DNA from: Eledone cirrhosa
Taxonomy: Eukaryota
DNA length: 64,000 nucleotides
NCBI GenBank assembly: GCA_964016885.1
Contig: OZ024749.1
Location: 18,166,001-18,230,000, forward strand
Reading direction: 5' to 3'
How positions within the stretch are numbered: position 1 is the first letter of the stretch; every line of letters begins with the position of its first letter. Both the position numbers and the translations under genes were made by a program. Of this stretch, positions 1 to 12,249 are shown piece by piece. The notes below the pieces were generated by a model that was given only the letters and a program-made list of their open reading frames with translations, ran no database searches and was not told where the DNA came from.

Positions 1-31
1 CTGTGTTTATTTCTACATATATTAGTATAAT

Positions 32-192
32 TGTTTCTACTTTTGGCACCAGGCCAGCAATTACCCAATACATTACTGGTACTTTATTTTATCGACCCCG
101 ACTTAGCGGGATTTGAACTCGGACCATAAAGGGCCATAACTCTGCTGCAAAGCATGGCGTCAGACCTTCTCCCGATACTGCCAATCCACCGC
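32..192 (-). mobile_element. tRNA-derived SINE (family 1)
   Basis: Reverse strand has A-box-like TGGCAGTATCGG and B-box GAGTTCAAATCC. Flanked by direct repeat CTACATATATTAGTATAAT (13-31, 193-211). Homologous copies elsewhere in the window. Confidence 0.8.
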
Positions 193-281
193 CTACATAT
201 ATTAGTATAATGCTCAGTATTTATACTTTGAGCTTGTTAATTGCAGGGTATCAATATGAGTTAGTAACTCTGTATTTTATT

Positions 282-330
<49 letters not shown>

Positions 331-332
<2 letters not shown>

Positions 333-745
333 AAAATCACCGGGAGAGATGACCCCTTAGCCTTTGTCAAGGCAGAATTCTAGGAGAAGGAAAACTCTGA
401 TATAACACCTGCAACCCTGATGGTATCCAATGTTGACTTGTTCTTCTTTTTGGTAAATATCATCTTGGTTAAGAGAGTGGGACTGGCTTTGTGCAGTGCC
501 TTTGCTCACTATAAAAGCTTCACGGCACAGACATTGCTTTATATCTGGAGATCTCTCTGCACTTGTCGTCACATGGTACCATGGGCCCAGCACTATGTGT
601 CAATAATTGTCACAGGTGTAGTGTTTGTACCAGAGTTTTCAAGTCGCTGGCTGGACTAAAAAGTCACTCGTTCAGCGCATCGGTAGGGGCTCTCCTACAT
701 GGATATAAAGTAGTGGCCGTACTCGAAAACGAGTTGGCAGCCACC
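331..745 (+). mobile_element. Non-autonomous RTE-like retroposon, 5'-truncated copy
   Basis: Near-identical to 20499-20918. Encodes a C-terminal CxxC..H remnant (CSVCTRVFKSLAGLKSH) and ends in (TA)n. Confidence 0.6.
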
Positions 746-787
<42 letters not shown>

Positions 788-1348
788 TGATACCTTGAGA
801 TACGAGTTTAATTCATTCCGTGACCGAGCTCGTAACTCAATTTACTCGTATCTCAAATCAATTTTCCCCATTGAAATTAACTGAAATGCTATTAATCCAT
901 TCTGACCCCCCCAAAACCACACCAATTTATTTATGTTACGTTTTTTTAATAAGCAAAGTATACTTTATAAAAAACAAATAATGTATAATGAAATAACATA
1001 ATAAAAGAGAATGTAAAGAAATAAACTGGATTTATTAAGTCTATTTACCTTCAAGATGAGACGAAAAAGCTGGCGGTGGTGGAGGAGAATGATGGGGGAG
1101 GCTGTAAATGTTTTTCGTTTTGCGCTCTTATCTCTTAACTTGACTTACTCACTATGCAGTTAATGCTATATTTTATTGCTAAATTTAACTTACACATTAT
1201 GCTACACTTAATCGCTAAACTTAATTTCTATTTTTTTTTACTTTTTGTTTCTATACGTACCGTACGGTACTTCAGTTACTGTCATCATCATCTGCACTGA
1301 CTTTTGGCTTTTTGGCCACACTTTCCTCGCCTTCGCTTTGAGGGCGTT

Positions 1349-1939
1349 TCAATAAAAACCTGTCCAAGGAGGTTTCTTCCTCCCTTTTAAAATGTTTCTG
1401 AAATGAGTGAGGCAAGTGTCGTTAAACAGTGCCGACGCACGACTTGTTCCAACTTTTTCTGGATGATTTTTGTCAATAAAATCATTAAGTTTCTCCCAAA
1501 TTCCCAACATTTCCTTAATTTCACTTGAAGGGATTACTACCTCCTCTGACTCTGGCCCCTCATTAATTTCCTGCCAAATCTCTGTATGCTGCTGGTCCTG
1601 TAGCTCCTTTAATTCCTCTGTTGTCGAATCCTCATTGTGCTCTTCGACGAGGTCGTTGATGTCTCCTTCATCCACTTCCAGGCCCATGGATTTTCCGATG
1701 GACACGATTTCCTCCTCCACTAACTCTTCGGGTTCGAATCCTTTGAAGTCCCTTTCAGACACAACCTCAGGCCACAGCTTAGTACATATTGTAGAAGTAC
1801 TACGATCGTACTCCTTTGGCAAGTGAATAAGAAGCACACCACGCTCATGTTTTTCTATATTTTCGTGCATAATATCCATAGACATCATCCTTTTCTTTTT
1901 CTCGCCAGTGTTCTTGGCACTCACTTTCTTAGGACTCAT
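1349..1939 (-). pseudogene. Tigger transposase remnant (N-terminal HTH joined to C-terminus; DDE domain deleted)
   Basis: MSPKKVS..KKKR..YDRSTSTICTK is fused directly to LWPEVV..DFKGFEP..MGLEVDEGDINDLVEEH, motifs typical of Tigger/TIGD proteins. Confidence 0.8.
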
Positions 1940-2050
1940 GGTTGAAACGAAGATTTTTATCGAAATAAACCAAAAGCAACTAAAATCACAACAGTAACAC
2001 AACAGAGATGCTCGCGTGCCGAGGTTACCACGTGGGCTGACCACTCTCAG

Positions 2051-2273
2051 GGGGTTACTGAATTAATTTCACCTGGTGAACTCCAACGAAAGTTACTCCC
2101 GTCGTTTATATCCGTAAAGTGACTAAAACAAATGTAATATATTTAGGGTTAGGGTTGAATTAACCCTAACCATAAATATATTACATTTGTTTTAATCTTT
2201 AGTCACTTTACGGATATAAACGACGGGAGTAACTTTGGTTGGGGTTCACCGGGCGAAATTAATTCTGCACCCC
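2051..2273. mobile_element. Palindromic MITE with central TTAGGG/CCCTAA repeats, nested in the Tigger
   Basis: The whole element is an imperfect inverted repeat (GGGGT...ACCCC). CTCTCAG is duplicated on both flanks (2044-2050, 2274-2280). Confidence 0.75.
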
Positions 2274-2432
2274 CTCTCAGGCACCCGCTAGCTCGTAACT
2301 CGTATCTAAAAACTCAGCTCGTATCACAAGGCAAAAAATTAGCCAAGTGATGGCTTGTATCTCAAAAAACTTGCATGTATCTCAAGGTATCACTGTATAT
2401 ATATATATGACATACTGCATTTATACATATAT

Positions 2433-2665
2433 AGTAATAATAATAAATTTGAAGACTAAAATCCAAAGAGGGCTCGATAAAAGATAAATATATATCAAAT
2501 ATATAAGAACCGTAGAGCAAATATTTATTAAAATAACAGATTAAAGTTTAAGCAAAGAATTGGTGCTTTCACCCTTAACGGGATCTTAAGTTTCAAAAGA
2601 TCCCGTTAAGGGTGAAAGCAGCAATTCTTTGCTTAAACTTTAATCTGTTATTTTAATAAATATTT
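2433..2665. mobile_element. Terminal fragment of Naiad-type PLE family 1, folded back on itself; contains HHR-like motif 2589-2639 (+)
   Basis: Matches 20960-21112. Inverted repeat centred near 2588. Confidence 0.75.
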
Positions 2666-2835
2666 TTATATATATATATAAGTAAGATGTATGGTAGGTC
2701 GTATGTGAGTCGCGATGATCACGTCTGACCTACCAAATATGTGACGGTAGCTAGTTAAGCTCTATGCGTATACGCAGAGCAGAAATATTAGTGAAAAAGA
2801 ACAAAGGAACTATTATGACATTACAACAAGTTTAT

Positions 2836-2882
2836 TGCCGACAGCCGTTTCGTCCGACCACATGGTGGGACTTTTCAAGGCA
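2836..2882 (-). ncRNA. Minimal type I hammerhead ribozyme, variant core UUGAAAA
   Basis: Minus strand reads tgcc-TTGAAAA-gtcc(loop)ggac-GAAAC-ggct-GTC-ggca. Stems I, II and III all pair; GUC cleavage triplet. Confidence 0.6.
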
Positions 2883-2976
2883 TATAACATGTGATTGTAA
2901 GATCATTATTTACATCAACGTATCACTCAAGGCTAGCAGTTTGAAATTGTGGTATACATCAGCAACTCCGCTTGTA

Positions 2977-4250
2977 TAGTTGGGGTCTATATTCTAAGGG
3001 GGCTCTTTTATATTAGTTGTCGGGGTCAGGGATTGAAGTTTAAAAATTAGATAATATATAATTTACGCGTTAACAGTAAACTAAAAGACTTGGGGTCCCG
3101 TAGAAGCACCTAAGAAAATCCCTCAATAAGTGCATAAAGCTTACAGGCTCCAATAAACCTACTAGACTAGAAGAAATTAAGAGGCTAATAAAATAAAAAT
3201 ATAAAGTTTCCCTAAAAAATATATAAAGCTTCCTATGAAATTCCTTCTAGAGAAAAAAATTTTTTTCCGAAAGAAAAAAACCCTCTTCCCCCGAGATCAC
3301 GTTTACAAATTTCAGAAAACTTACGAAGTTTTGATATTCCCTACTAAGTTGAAAGAAACTAATCAATTAAAGGTTAATTCAAAGAGCCTTCTATAATTCT
3401 CTCAGAAAAGGCCCCTTTAATATTTTTAATAGGAACTTCTTCCGAGAGACCCTTCGAAGAATTAAAATTTTAGAGAGCCTTTAAGGATATATATAAAAAC
3501 GAATTGAGGAAAATTATACATTAAAAGTTAAAAATTACGGTATTTGGGATATCCGAGGAATTTTCAAAGGGCTGCTTCAACAGATACAACTTAGGCATAA
3601 TAGATACAATAATTTAAGTAATTTAAGTAATTTAATTAGGGAGCAATTCAAGGAGTTTATCAAGTTGGGCAAGATTAAAGAAAGTGGTAAATAAGAAAAT
3701 ACATAAGCAAAAAGACAATAATTATAAAATGTATTTTTAAGAAGGTATAAGGTAGCTTCAGTAATCTAACAATGTATTATCACAAAAAATTATTATAAAA
3801 TTACTTAAATATTTTTTTTTTTTTTTTTTTTTTCTTTTTTATTTTCTAGTTGGGGTCTATATTCTAAGGGGGCTCTTTTAAATATAAAAGAGCCCCCTTA
3901 GAATATAGACCCCAACTAGAAGTTGTCGGGGTCAGGGATTGAAATTTAAAAATTAGATAATATATAATTTACGCGTTAACAGTAGACTTGGGGTCCCGCA
4001 GAAGCACCTAAGAAAATCCCTCAATAAATGCATAAAGCTTACAGGCTCCAATAAACCTACTAGACTAGAAGAAATTAAGAGGCTAATAAAATAAAAAATA
4101 AAAATATATAGTTTCCCTAAAAAATATATAAAGCTTCCTATGAGATTCTTTCTAGAGAAAAAAAATTTTTTCAGAAAGAAAAAAACCATCTTCCCCCGAG
4201 ATCACGTTTACAAATTTCAGAAAACTTACGAAGTTTTGATATCCCTACTA
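2977..4250. repeat. AT-rich degenerate repeat with direct duplication (~3013-3345 vs ~3921-4250) and hairpin 3847-3919
   Basis: Duplicated blocks and the ~33-bp-arm inverted repeat are directly visible. Family not identified. Confidence 0.6.
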
Positions 4251-4303
4251 AATATATATATGACATACTGCATTTATATATATATACATTTATACATATA
4301 TAC

Positions 4304-6815
4304 ACGTAGGTAAACACTGTGACGGCTTCAATAGAGTCCATGGAGGCCATGGGGTTGGCACAAGAAATGAAGAAGGATTCAGACTTCTAGAATTCTGCGA
4401 CGCCAATGACATGTCGATATGTAACACAAACTTCAAAAAACCCGACAACCACCTGATCACTTATAGATCAGGGGAGCATTCTAGTCAGATAGATTTTATC
4501 CTCATCAGAGGACGTGACAGATGGACGGTCGTAAACACAAAAGCCTTCCCTAGTGAGGAATGTACCTTCCAACATAGCTTAGTTGTCAGCGACCTCACGG
4601 TCAGAACTAGACGAACCTGGAAACAGAGGCCAACCTGGAGAAGAAAGATCTGGAAGCTGAAAGACCCCTCAGCCAGTAACAGATTTAAAGATATTTTACT
4701 CAACTTACTCAACGCCTACGACAGTAGAGAAGAACAGATAGAGACATTCAATGTAGGAGAGCACTGGGAGTTCCTAAAAAATAACTTACTAGAGGCGACG
4801 GATGAGGTCTGTGGCTGGAGTAAGACCACAAGCAGGAGGAGAGTGACTTGGTGGTGGAACAATAAGGTAGATGAGGCAGTTAAGGCCAAGATACAGGCAT
4901 GGAAAGAATGGAAGAATGGGGGGAGCAGGGTACATTACATAGAGACCAAGAGGGAAGCTAGGCGACAAGTATACTTAGCTAGGAGGGAAGCAGAGGATAG
5001 AAAATTCAAGCATGTTTTGCAACGTTAGGACCAGAAACAGGAGGTGTTCAAGATTGCGAGGCAGTGTGTCAGAGAGAATTGTGATGTCATTGGAGAGAAG
5101 TGTACCCGGAATGATAAAGGTGAGCTTGCCCTCACAAGTGCTGAGAAGAAAGATGCATGGAAGAGTCATTATGATAGATTACTAAATGAGGAGAATGCAT
5201 GGGAAGAAGAGACCCTACCCCAAGTAGACCCTATAGAGGGGCCAGCAGTACAAGTCAGCAGCAGCGTAGTAAGTAAGGCAATCAAAGATATGAAGATGGG
5301 GAAGGCAGCCGGTCCATCGGGTATAGCTGCTGAGATGCTGAAGGCATCTGGGTCTGTAGGTCACACTATAACCACACGTATTGTTAACCAGGTAATACCA
5401 AAAGATTGGTGCAGTAACATCATTGTCAACTGCTACACAGTTAAAGGTGATGCACTCGATAGAGGAAACTATAGAGGTATAAAGCTGATGGACCAGGTCA
5501 TGAAAGTAACAGAAAGAGTTATAGCAGAGTTGATTAGGGACCAGGTGAAACTAGATGAGATGCAATTTGGGTTTGTACCAGGAAGAGGCACCACTGATGC
5601 CCTCTTCCTTGTGAGGCAGTTACAGGAAAACTACATAGCTAAAAGTAAGCCACTCTACCTGGCATTCGTCGATCTCGAGAAAGCCTTTGACAGAGTTCCA
5701 CGTGCTGTAATCTGGTGGGCTCTTAGAAAACTAGGAGTAGTTGAATGGCTTGTGAAAGCTGTACAAGCCATGTATAGGAGAGCAGTCAGCAAAGTTAGGA
5801 TTAGCAATGAGTATAGCGAAGAATTTAGCATACAGGTTGGTGTCCACCATGTTCATCATAGTCCTGCAGGCAATAACGGAGGAGTTTAAGACCAGATGCC
5901 CATGGAAACTCCTGTATGCTGATGACCTCGCACTTATAGCTGAATCTATGGAAGAAATTCCAAACTTGGAAGCAGGGACTAGAAAGAAAGGGTCTCAAAG
6001 TCAACATGACAAAGACTAAGGTCCTTGTAAGTAGACGAGAAAACAGAACCCAGATCCCCTCATGGAATTGGCCTTGTTCAGTATGTAGGAAAGGTGTAGG
6101 TAGCAACTCCATTCTCTGCCCTAAATGCAAACAATGGGTACACAAGAGATGTAGCGGGATCTCAGGAAGCTTAATTAAGAATGCAGCAGCTGTACTGGGA
6201 CAGCAAGCAGCAAACAGCCACAGGAAACAAGTACCACCAATCTCTGTAGAGACAGTAGACAGCTTCTGCTACCTAGGTGACCGAATTAGCAGCAGAGGTG
6301 GGTACAATAAAGTACAATAACTAGGGTAAGAACGGGATGGAAGAAGTTCAGGGAACTACTGCCACTGCTAGCTGCAAAAGGCTTCTCCCTCAAAATGAAA
6401 GGCAGACTGTATCATGTGTGTATCCGAACAGCAATGTTACATGGTAGTGAGACCTGGGCGCTGAAGGTGGAAGACTTACGTAGATTAGAGAGAAATGTAG
6501 CCTGCATGCTCCGATGGATGTGTAATAGTAATATACGCGACCGACAAAGCATAAATGAATTGAGAGAGGAATCAAATGCTGTGTGCAGGAGAGGCGGTTG
6601 CGTTGGTATGGACATGTGATGCGTATGAAGGATGACAGCTGCATAAAAAGGGGAAGAGCACTAGAAGTCGATGGAAACCGCGGAGTGGGGAGACCCAAGA
6701 TGACCTTGGATGAGGTGATAAAAGCCGACTTTACCCAATTACACCTCTCCAAGGTGATGACACATGACCGTGACCTCTGGCATCACGCAGTAATACAGAG
6801 TACCCGACCTCCCAT
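4304..6815 (+). mobile_element. RTE-clade LINE, 5'-truncated and decayed (APE endonuclease, RT, Cys-rich insert)
   Basis: Motifs SQIDFIL, GNYRGIKL, QFGFVPGRGTTDA, AFVDLEKAFDRVP, LLYADDL, WPCSVC..CKQWVHKRC, RRLRWYGHV. Stops and frameshifts present. Confidence 0.92.
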
Positions 6816-6829
6816 GGGTACAAGCTGAA

Positions 6830-7128
6830 GCATATAGACAATATGCCTCCACACCCTCCCATTGCAAGGTGGTCGTGGAGGTGCCACGGCAAAAAAGCAC
6901 CCAGCTCACACTGTAAAGTGGACGTGTAGGCGCCACGAAAAAGCACCCAGCACTCACTGTAAATGAGGTTGGTGTTAGGAAGGGCATCCAGCTGTAGAAA
7001 TCAAGCCAAATCAGTTCCTGTATGAGCAAGGCATGGTCAGCCTACCAGACACTGCCCACAACAGGACAACCCGTCTAACCCATGCTAGCGTGGAAGAACG
7101 GACATAAAACGGTGATGATGATGATGAT
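6830..7128 (+). mobile_element. SINE 3' portion with RTE-type tail and (GAT)n
   Basis: GGTGTTAGGAAGGGCATCCAGCTGTAGAAA core and CCCATGCTAGC...(GAT)n tail, both recurring many times in the window. Confidence 0.7.
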
Positions 7129-7145
7129 ACATTTATATATATATT

Positions 7146-7176
<31 letters not shown>

Positions 7177-7187
7177 ATATTTATATA

Positions 7188-7236
<49 letters not shown>

Positions 7237-7240
<4 letters not shown>

Positions 7241-7590
7241 CATAAATGAATTGAGTGAGAGACTGAGCATAAGAGGAATCAAATGCTGTGTGCAGGAGAG
7301 GTGGTTGCATTGGTATGGACATGTGATGCATATGAAGGATGACAGCTGCATAAAAAGGTGCAGAGCACTAGAAGTCGATGGAAACCGTGGAGTGGGGAGA
7401 CCCAAGAAGACCTGGGATGAGGTGATAAAAGCTGACCTTACCCAATTTCACCTCTCAAGGGCGATGACACACGACCGTGACCTCTGGCGTCACGCAGTGA
7501 TACAGAAGACCCGACCCCCACGGGTACAAGCCGAAGCTGAAGCATATAGACAATATGCCCCCACACCCTCCCACTGCATGATGATGATAT
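7237..7590 (+). mobile_element. RTE LINE 3' fragment
   Basis: WYGHVMHMKDDSCIKRC..GVGRPKKTW; paralogous to 6550-6860. Confidence 0.8.
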
Positions 7591-7802
7591 GTGTATATTA
7601 TTATTGTTGTTGTCATTATTATTATTGTTATTATTATGATGTTTTTTTTTTTCTTCTTCTCGTGCAATGGCCATACTCGATAACGAGGAGGCAGCCATCA
7701 TATATATTTATATATAGATATTTATATGTACAAATATTTATATATATATAGAGAGAGAGATATTTATATGTATATATATATATATATATGTATGTATATA
7801 TA

Positions 7803-8030
7803 TCATCATCATCATTATCGTTTAACATCTATCTTCCACGCTAGCATGGGTTTAGACGGGAATTGTCCCACTTGAGGCAAGTTTAGTTGTCTTGCTCGTA
7901 TAGGACTGTCTGGCAGGTTTTCTACGACTGGATGCCCTTCCTAACACCAACCACGATTACAGTGTGGACTGGGAGGTTTTTACCGTGTTACCTACACAGC
8001 CACATTACAGCGTGGACTGTGTTTTTTTGT
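7803..8030 (-). mobile_element. SINE 3' portion with RTE-type tail
   Basis: (ATC)n, GCTAGCATGGG and GGATGCCCTTCCTAACACC. Confidence 0.7.
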
Positions 8031-8523
8031 TGTGACACCTACACAACCTCATTTATTTAGGACTGGATGTTGTGGTACCAACATAACTTTACAGAGAAAG
8101 GGTGGTGTTGGTGGGGGTGGAGTAGGGGTAGTGGGTGGGATGGTTAAGAGGTGCCTTCGGACTGTAGGTTTCGCTTTGTACATAGGCAAGGCGGGTCTTC
8201 TGTATTACTGCATAGCGCCAAAGATCTCAGTCCAGTGACATTGTCTTAATGTATATATATATCTATATATACATATACACACAATTATATATATATATAT
8301 GTGTGTGTGTTAAATTGTTTGTATGCACGCATTATTCAACCTGCCATTTGTTTTGAGGAAAAAGCCTTTAGTAAGATGCAGTGGTAGTAGCATCCTGAAC
8401 CTTTTACATTCCATGTTTACTCAGACTGCTCTACTTTCAGAAACCCACCTCCACTGATGATATCACCCAGGTAGCAGAAGCTGTCTACCTCCTCTATGAG
8501 TTTTTTAGAGCTTGTTTCCTGTG

Positions 8524-8790
8524 AAGGCGTGTGGCTGAGTGGTTAGAGAATTGAATTTGCAATCGTGAGGTTGTGAGTTCGATTCACCGAGCGGGTGATG
8601 CGTTATGTCCTTGAGCAAGACATTTTATTTCACATTTTATTTCACAGTTGCAACCGATAGATAGTATTAGCAATTGGAAAGACCAATGGAAACATTGCTT
8701 CCTCGGTCCGATTTGACGAAAGTCAATCGTTACTTCCTGTGCATGTTTGCTGCTTACTGCTCCAGTGCAATGGCCTCATGTAAAACCTAT
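8524..8790 (+). mobile_element. tRNA-derived SINE (family 2 head)
   Basis: TGGCTGAGTGGTTAG (A box) and GAGTTCGATTC (B box), followed by GTCCTTGAGCAAGACA. Inverted paralog near 40790-41058. Confidence 0.7.
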
Positions 8791-9904
8791 ATTCTTAGCT
8801 AACCTACCTGAGATCCCACTACATCTCTTGTGTACCCATTGTTTGTATTTTGGACAGAGAATGGAATTTCTACCTACACCTTTCTAGCACACTGAGCAAG
8901 GCCATTTTTCTGAGGGGATCAGGGCCCTGTTTTCCCTTCTACTGATACTTGGCTGGCTAACCCAGACATAGTCCTAAACAAATGAAACACTGGTGGAGTC
9001 GTAGGGGTAATCTAAGTGACATACAGTATTTCTCGGGCATATTTTAAAATCTGATGGAGCCCATCACCTCTCTTGCCTGAACACAATTGAGATCTGAATA
9101 AAACTTCAAGTGAAATCAGATATTGTATGGATTCATATAGACTCGTAACTCCTGGTCTAAACACAGCCGATTTCTCCCAGAGAAGGATAGAAAAGAAGTA
9201 AGAAAAAGATATAGAGGATTGACTCCTACTAATAAAAAGATGGAAGTTAAACTGGTGTTGACATGTCATCAGGAGAGGAGATGATTGCTATGTTAGAAAG
9301 TCCTATCAGAATGAATTTTTCACTAAACTGCCATAGAGCAGACCTTCTAGAGATAGAAGGATAACATTTATAGAGCATGCTGGAATACCACTGTTTACAT
9401 TGGAGAGAATTACTCTGGACAGGAAAGTTTATATCTACAGTTTATCAATATAGAAATATAAAATTTGCACTGTTAAATCTATCTCTGCTTTTTAAGTATT
9501 CTCTATTATCTCATACTGTTTCTTTCTTATTTCAGAATACCAGATGACATTGGGATAAATTATTATTTTCAATCTGGGATTTATCATCATTTGAAGACTA
9601 AAACCTTTTAAACAGAACTTATATAACACTGTTTATATAAATCTATAGTTCAATTACTGTGAAATATTTCCTCAGAACTGAGTTTATTTTCTTCACTATG
9701 AGATGATTTTGTATTTTAACTAAACTTGGATGAAAGTTTGTATTATCTTCAGATATTAACTGAAATCACAGGTGAGGGAAATATAGAAGATATATTTTTT
9801 AGGAATATAATATAAAAAAATATTACAACAAAAATATTTGTATATTCTGTTGAAGAAGAAATTATAAATTGAGTGAAAAGGTTAAATGTGAAACACAATC
9901 GAAA

Positions 9905-10963
9905 ATGTTTAGTATTCCTGGTGAAATGACAAAGGTTGGAGAAGAGAAGCCATATCACTGCAATATCTGTGGTAAATCATTCAATAAACGAAGTACCTTA
10001 ACTACTCACAAAGTTATACATACAGGAGATGAGCCATATCATTGTGAGTTCTGTGGGATATCATTCTCACAATGTAGTGCCTTAACTAACCACTATCGTA
10101 TACATACAGGAGAGAAGCCATATCACTGTAATATGTGTGGCAAATCATTCTCTATAAATAGCACCTTAACTAGCCACAAACGTATACATACAGGAGACAA
10201 GCCATATAACTGTGATATCTGTGGTAAATCATTCTCTCTGAAAGGAAGCTTAACTTCTCACAAACATATACATACAGGAGATAAGCCATATCACTGTAAT
10301 ATCTGTGGTAAATCGTTCTCTCTGAAAGGAAGCTTAACTTCTCACAAACATATACATACAGGAGATAAGCCATATCACTCTAATATCTGTGGTAAATCAT
10401 TCTCTCGAAGTAATGCCTTAACTAGCCACAAACGTACCCATACAGGAGATAAGCCATATCATTGTGATATCTGTGGTATATCATTCACTAACTCTAGTAC
10501 CTTAACCTCTCACAAACTAATACATACAGGAGACAAGCCATATCACTGTGATATCTGTGGTAAAACATTCTCTGTAAGTGGTCACTTAACTAGACACAAA
10601 CGTATACATACAGGAGACAAGCCATACCACTGTGATATCTGTGGTAAATCATTCTCTGATAGTACCACCTTAACTAAACACAAACGTATACATACAGGAG
10701 ACAAGCCATATCACTGTGATATCTGTGGTAAATCATTCTCTCAACGTAGTGCCTTAACTAGCCACAAACGTACCCATACAGGAGACAAGCCATATCACTG
10801 TGATATCTGTGGTAAATCATTCTCTCAAAGTAGTGCCTTAACTAGACACAATCGTACCCATACAGGAGACAAGCCATATCACTGTGATATCTGTGGTATA
10901 TCATCCTCTGGGAAAAGTAGCCTAACTACTCACAAACTTAGACATGCTGAGGAGAAATCATAA
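9905..10963 (+). CDS. Tandem C2H2 zinc-finger protein, 12 fingers (finger 6 lacks its first Cys)
   Basis: Repeated 28-aa CxxC-12x-HxxxH units with TG(D/E)KPY linkers and an open frame. First ATG at 9905. Candidate splice acceptor TTTCAG ending 9535. Confidence 0.9.
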   Translation: MFSIPGEMTKVGEEKPYHCNICGKSFNKRSTLTTHKVIHTGDEPYHCEFCGISFSQCSALTNHYRIHTGEKPYHCNMCGKSFSINSTLTSHKRIHTGDKPYNCDICGKSFSLKGSLTSHKHIHTGDKPYHCNICGKSFSLKGSLTSHKHIHTGDKPYHSNICGKSFSRSNALTSHKRTHTGDKPYHCDICGISFTNSSTLTSHKLIHTGDKPYHCDICGKTFSVSGHLTRHKRIHTGDKPYHCDICGKSFSDSTTLTKHKRIHTGDKPYHCDICGKSFSQRSALTSHKRTHTGDKPYHCDICGKSFSQSSALTRHNRTHTGDKPYHCDICGISSSGKSSLTTHKLRHAEEKS

Positions 10964-11950
10964 CGCATTGACATCGGTGATAAATCACAAAATTGTGAAT
11001 TAATGAGAATACAAATATATATCAGTGTAATATATGTGGTAAATCATTCTCTTTCAATGTTACATTAACTTCACACAAACATATACAGGTGGGAAGCCAT
11101 ATCACTTTGATATGTTTGGAAAATATTTCTTTTAATGGAGCAATTTAACTAAATATATGCATAGATGAGGGAAACCATATCATCATCATCATCATTTTAC
11201 GTCCGCTTTTCCCTGCTTGCAAGGGTGGAATGGGTCCTATTCAGCACAGCATCTCTCTACTTGTCACGGTCCTCCATCATCTCCACCGTGAGCTTCAGAG
11301 GTCTGATCTCGCCACCTCCACCCATGTAAATCATTTTCTAATTTTGGTTTCACTAGACACTAACATACAGGAGAGAAACCATATCACTGTGATCATCATC
11401 ATCATCATCATCATCATCATTTTACGTCCACTTTTCCCTGCTTGCAAGGGTGGGACGGGAACTGATTCTGGCTTGATTTCTACAGCTGGATGCCCTTCCT
11501 AACACCAATCTCATTTACAGTGAGTGCTGGGTGCTTTTTGCCGTGGCACCTACACGACCACTTTGCAGTGGAATGATAGGGACCACAGTCCCTATCATCT
11601 CATTTCTACAGCTGAGTAAACTGGAGCAATGTGAAATAAAGTGTCTTGCTCAAGGAAACAACACATCACCCGGTCTGAGAATTGAACTCACAACCTTTCG
11701 ATTGCAAGGCCAATGCTCTAACCACTAAGCCATGTGCCTCCAATGTGATGTCTATGATAAATCCTTCTCTAAATGTTGTGGCTTCACTAGACACTAACAT
11801 ATACAGGAGAGGAACCATATCACTGTGATGTCTGTGATAAATCATTCTCTAAATGTTGTGGCTTCACTAGATACTAACATATATACAGGAGAGGAACTAT
11901 ATCACTGTGATGTCTGTGATAAATAATTCCCTTGTAAAGATTACTTAATG
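10964..11950 (+). pseudogene. Degenerate zinc-finger repeats downstream of the ZNF stop, interrupted by RTE/SINE insertions
   Basis: Recurring ATACAGGAGAG.AACCATATCACTGTGAT and GGTAAATCATTCTC-like units with stops and frameshifts. Confidence 0.7.
11394..11741 (-). mobile_element. Full-length SINE (tRNA head, body, RTE-type tail with (GAT)n)
   Basis: Minus strand TGGCTTAGTGGTTAGAG...GAGTTCAATTC head. Near-identical copy at 15475-15823. Confidence 0.8.
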
Positions 11951-12249
11951 CAATACAATCAGGCAAGATAAAAACCATGTCACTCACCTAAGTGCCACCA
12001 ATGTTGTTAATATTTTGAATAAAACTGTTTTGCTAAGAAATTCTTCTCCTTTCATTTTATTTGTAGAAGTTGTAACCAAGACTTGTGCTGACAAAACTGT
12101 AGCGTTCAGAATTTGCATACGTTATATATATGTGAATGTATGTGTGTAGAAATTTGTGTTCATGTATATGTTTATCTGTGTTTGTATATAAGTATGTGCA
12201 TATCTGTATTTGATTTATTTGATTATGTATGTTTGTATATGTATGTCAT

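Larger units (their letters stand above)
785..2395 (-). mobile_element. Tigger/pogo DNA transposon, internally deleted
   Basis: 19-bp TIRs CAGTGATACCTTGAGATAC / GTATCTCAAGGTATCACTG with TA on both sides. Internal transposase remnant. Confidence 0.9.

Noticed and set aside
1470-1826. Antisense ORFs overlapping TE proteins (also 43188-43736, 53479-53952 and others)
   Set aside because: Shadow frames of TE coding sequence.
2144-2172. Interstitial telomere fusion site
   Set aside because: Only ~2 repeats per side, inside a TSD-flanked MITE.
8524-8595. tRNA genes here and at other A/B-box sites
   Set aside because: They continue into SINE bodies and lack a clean cloverleaf.
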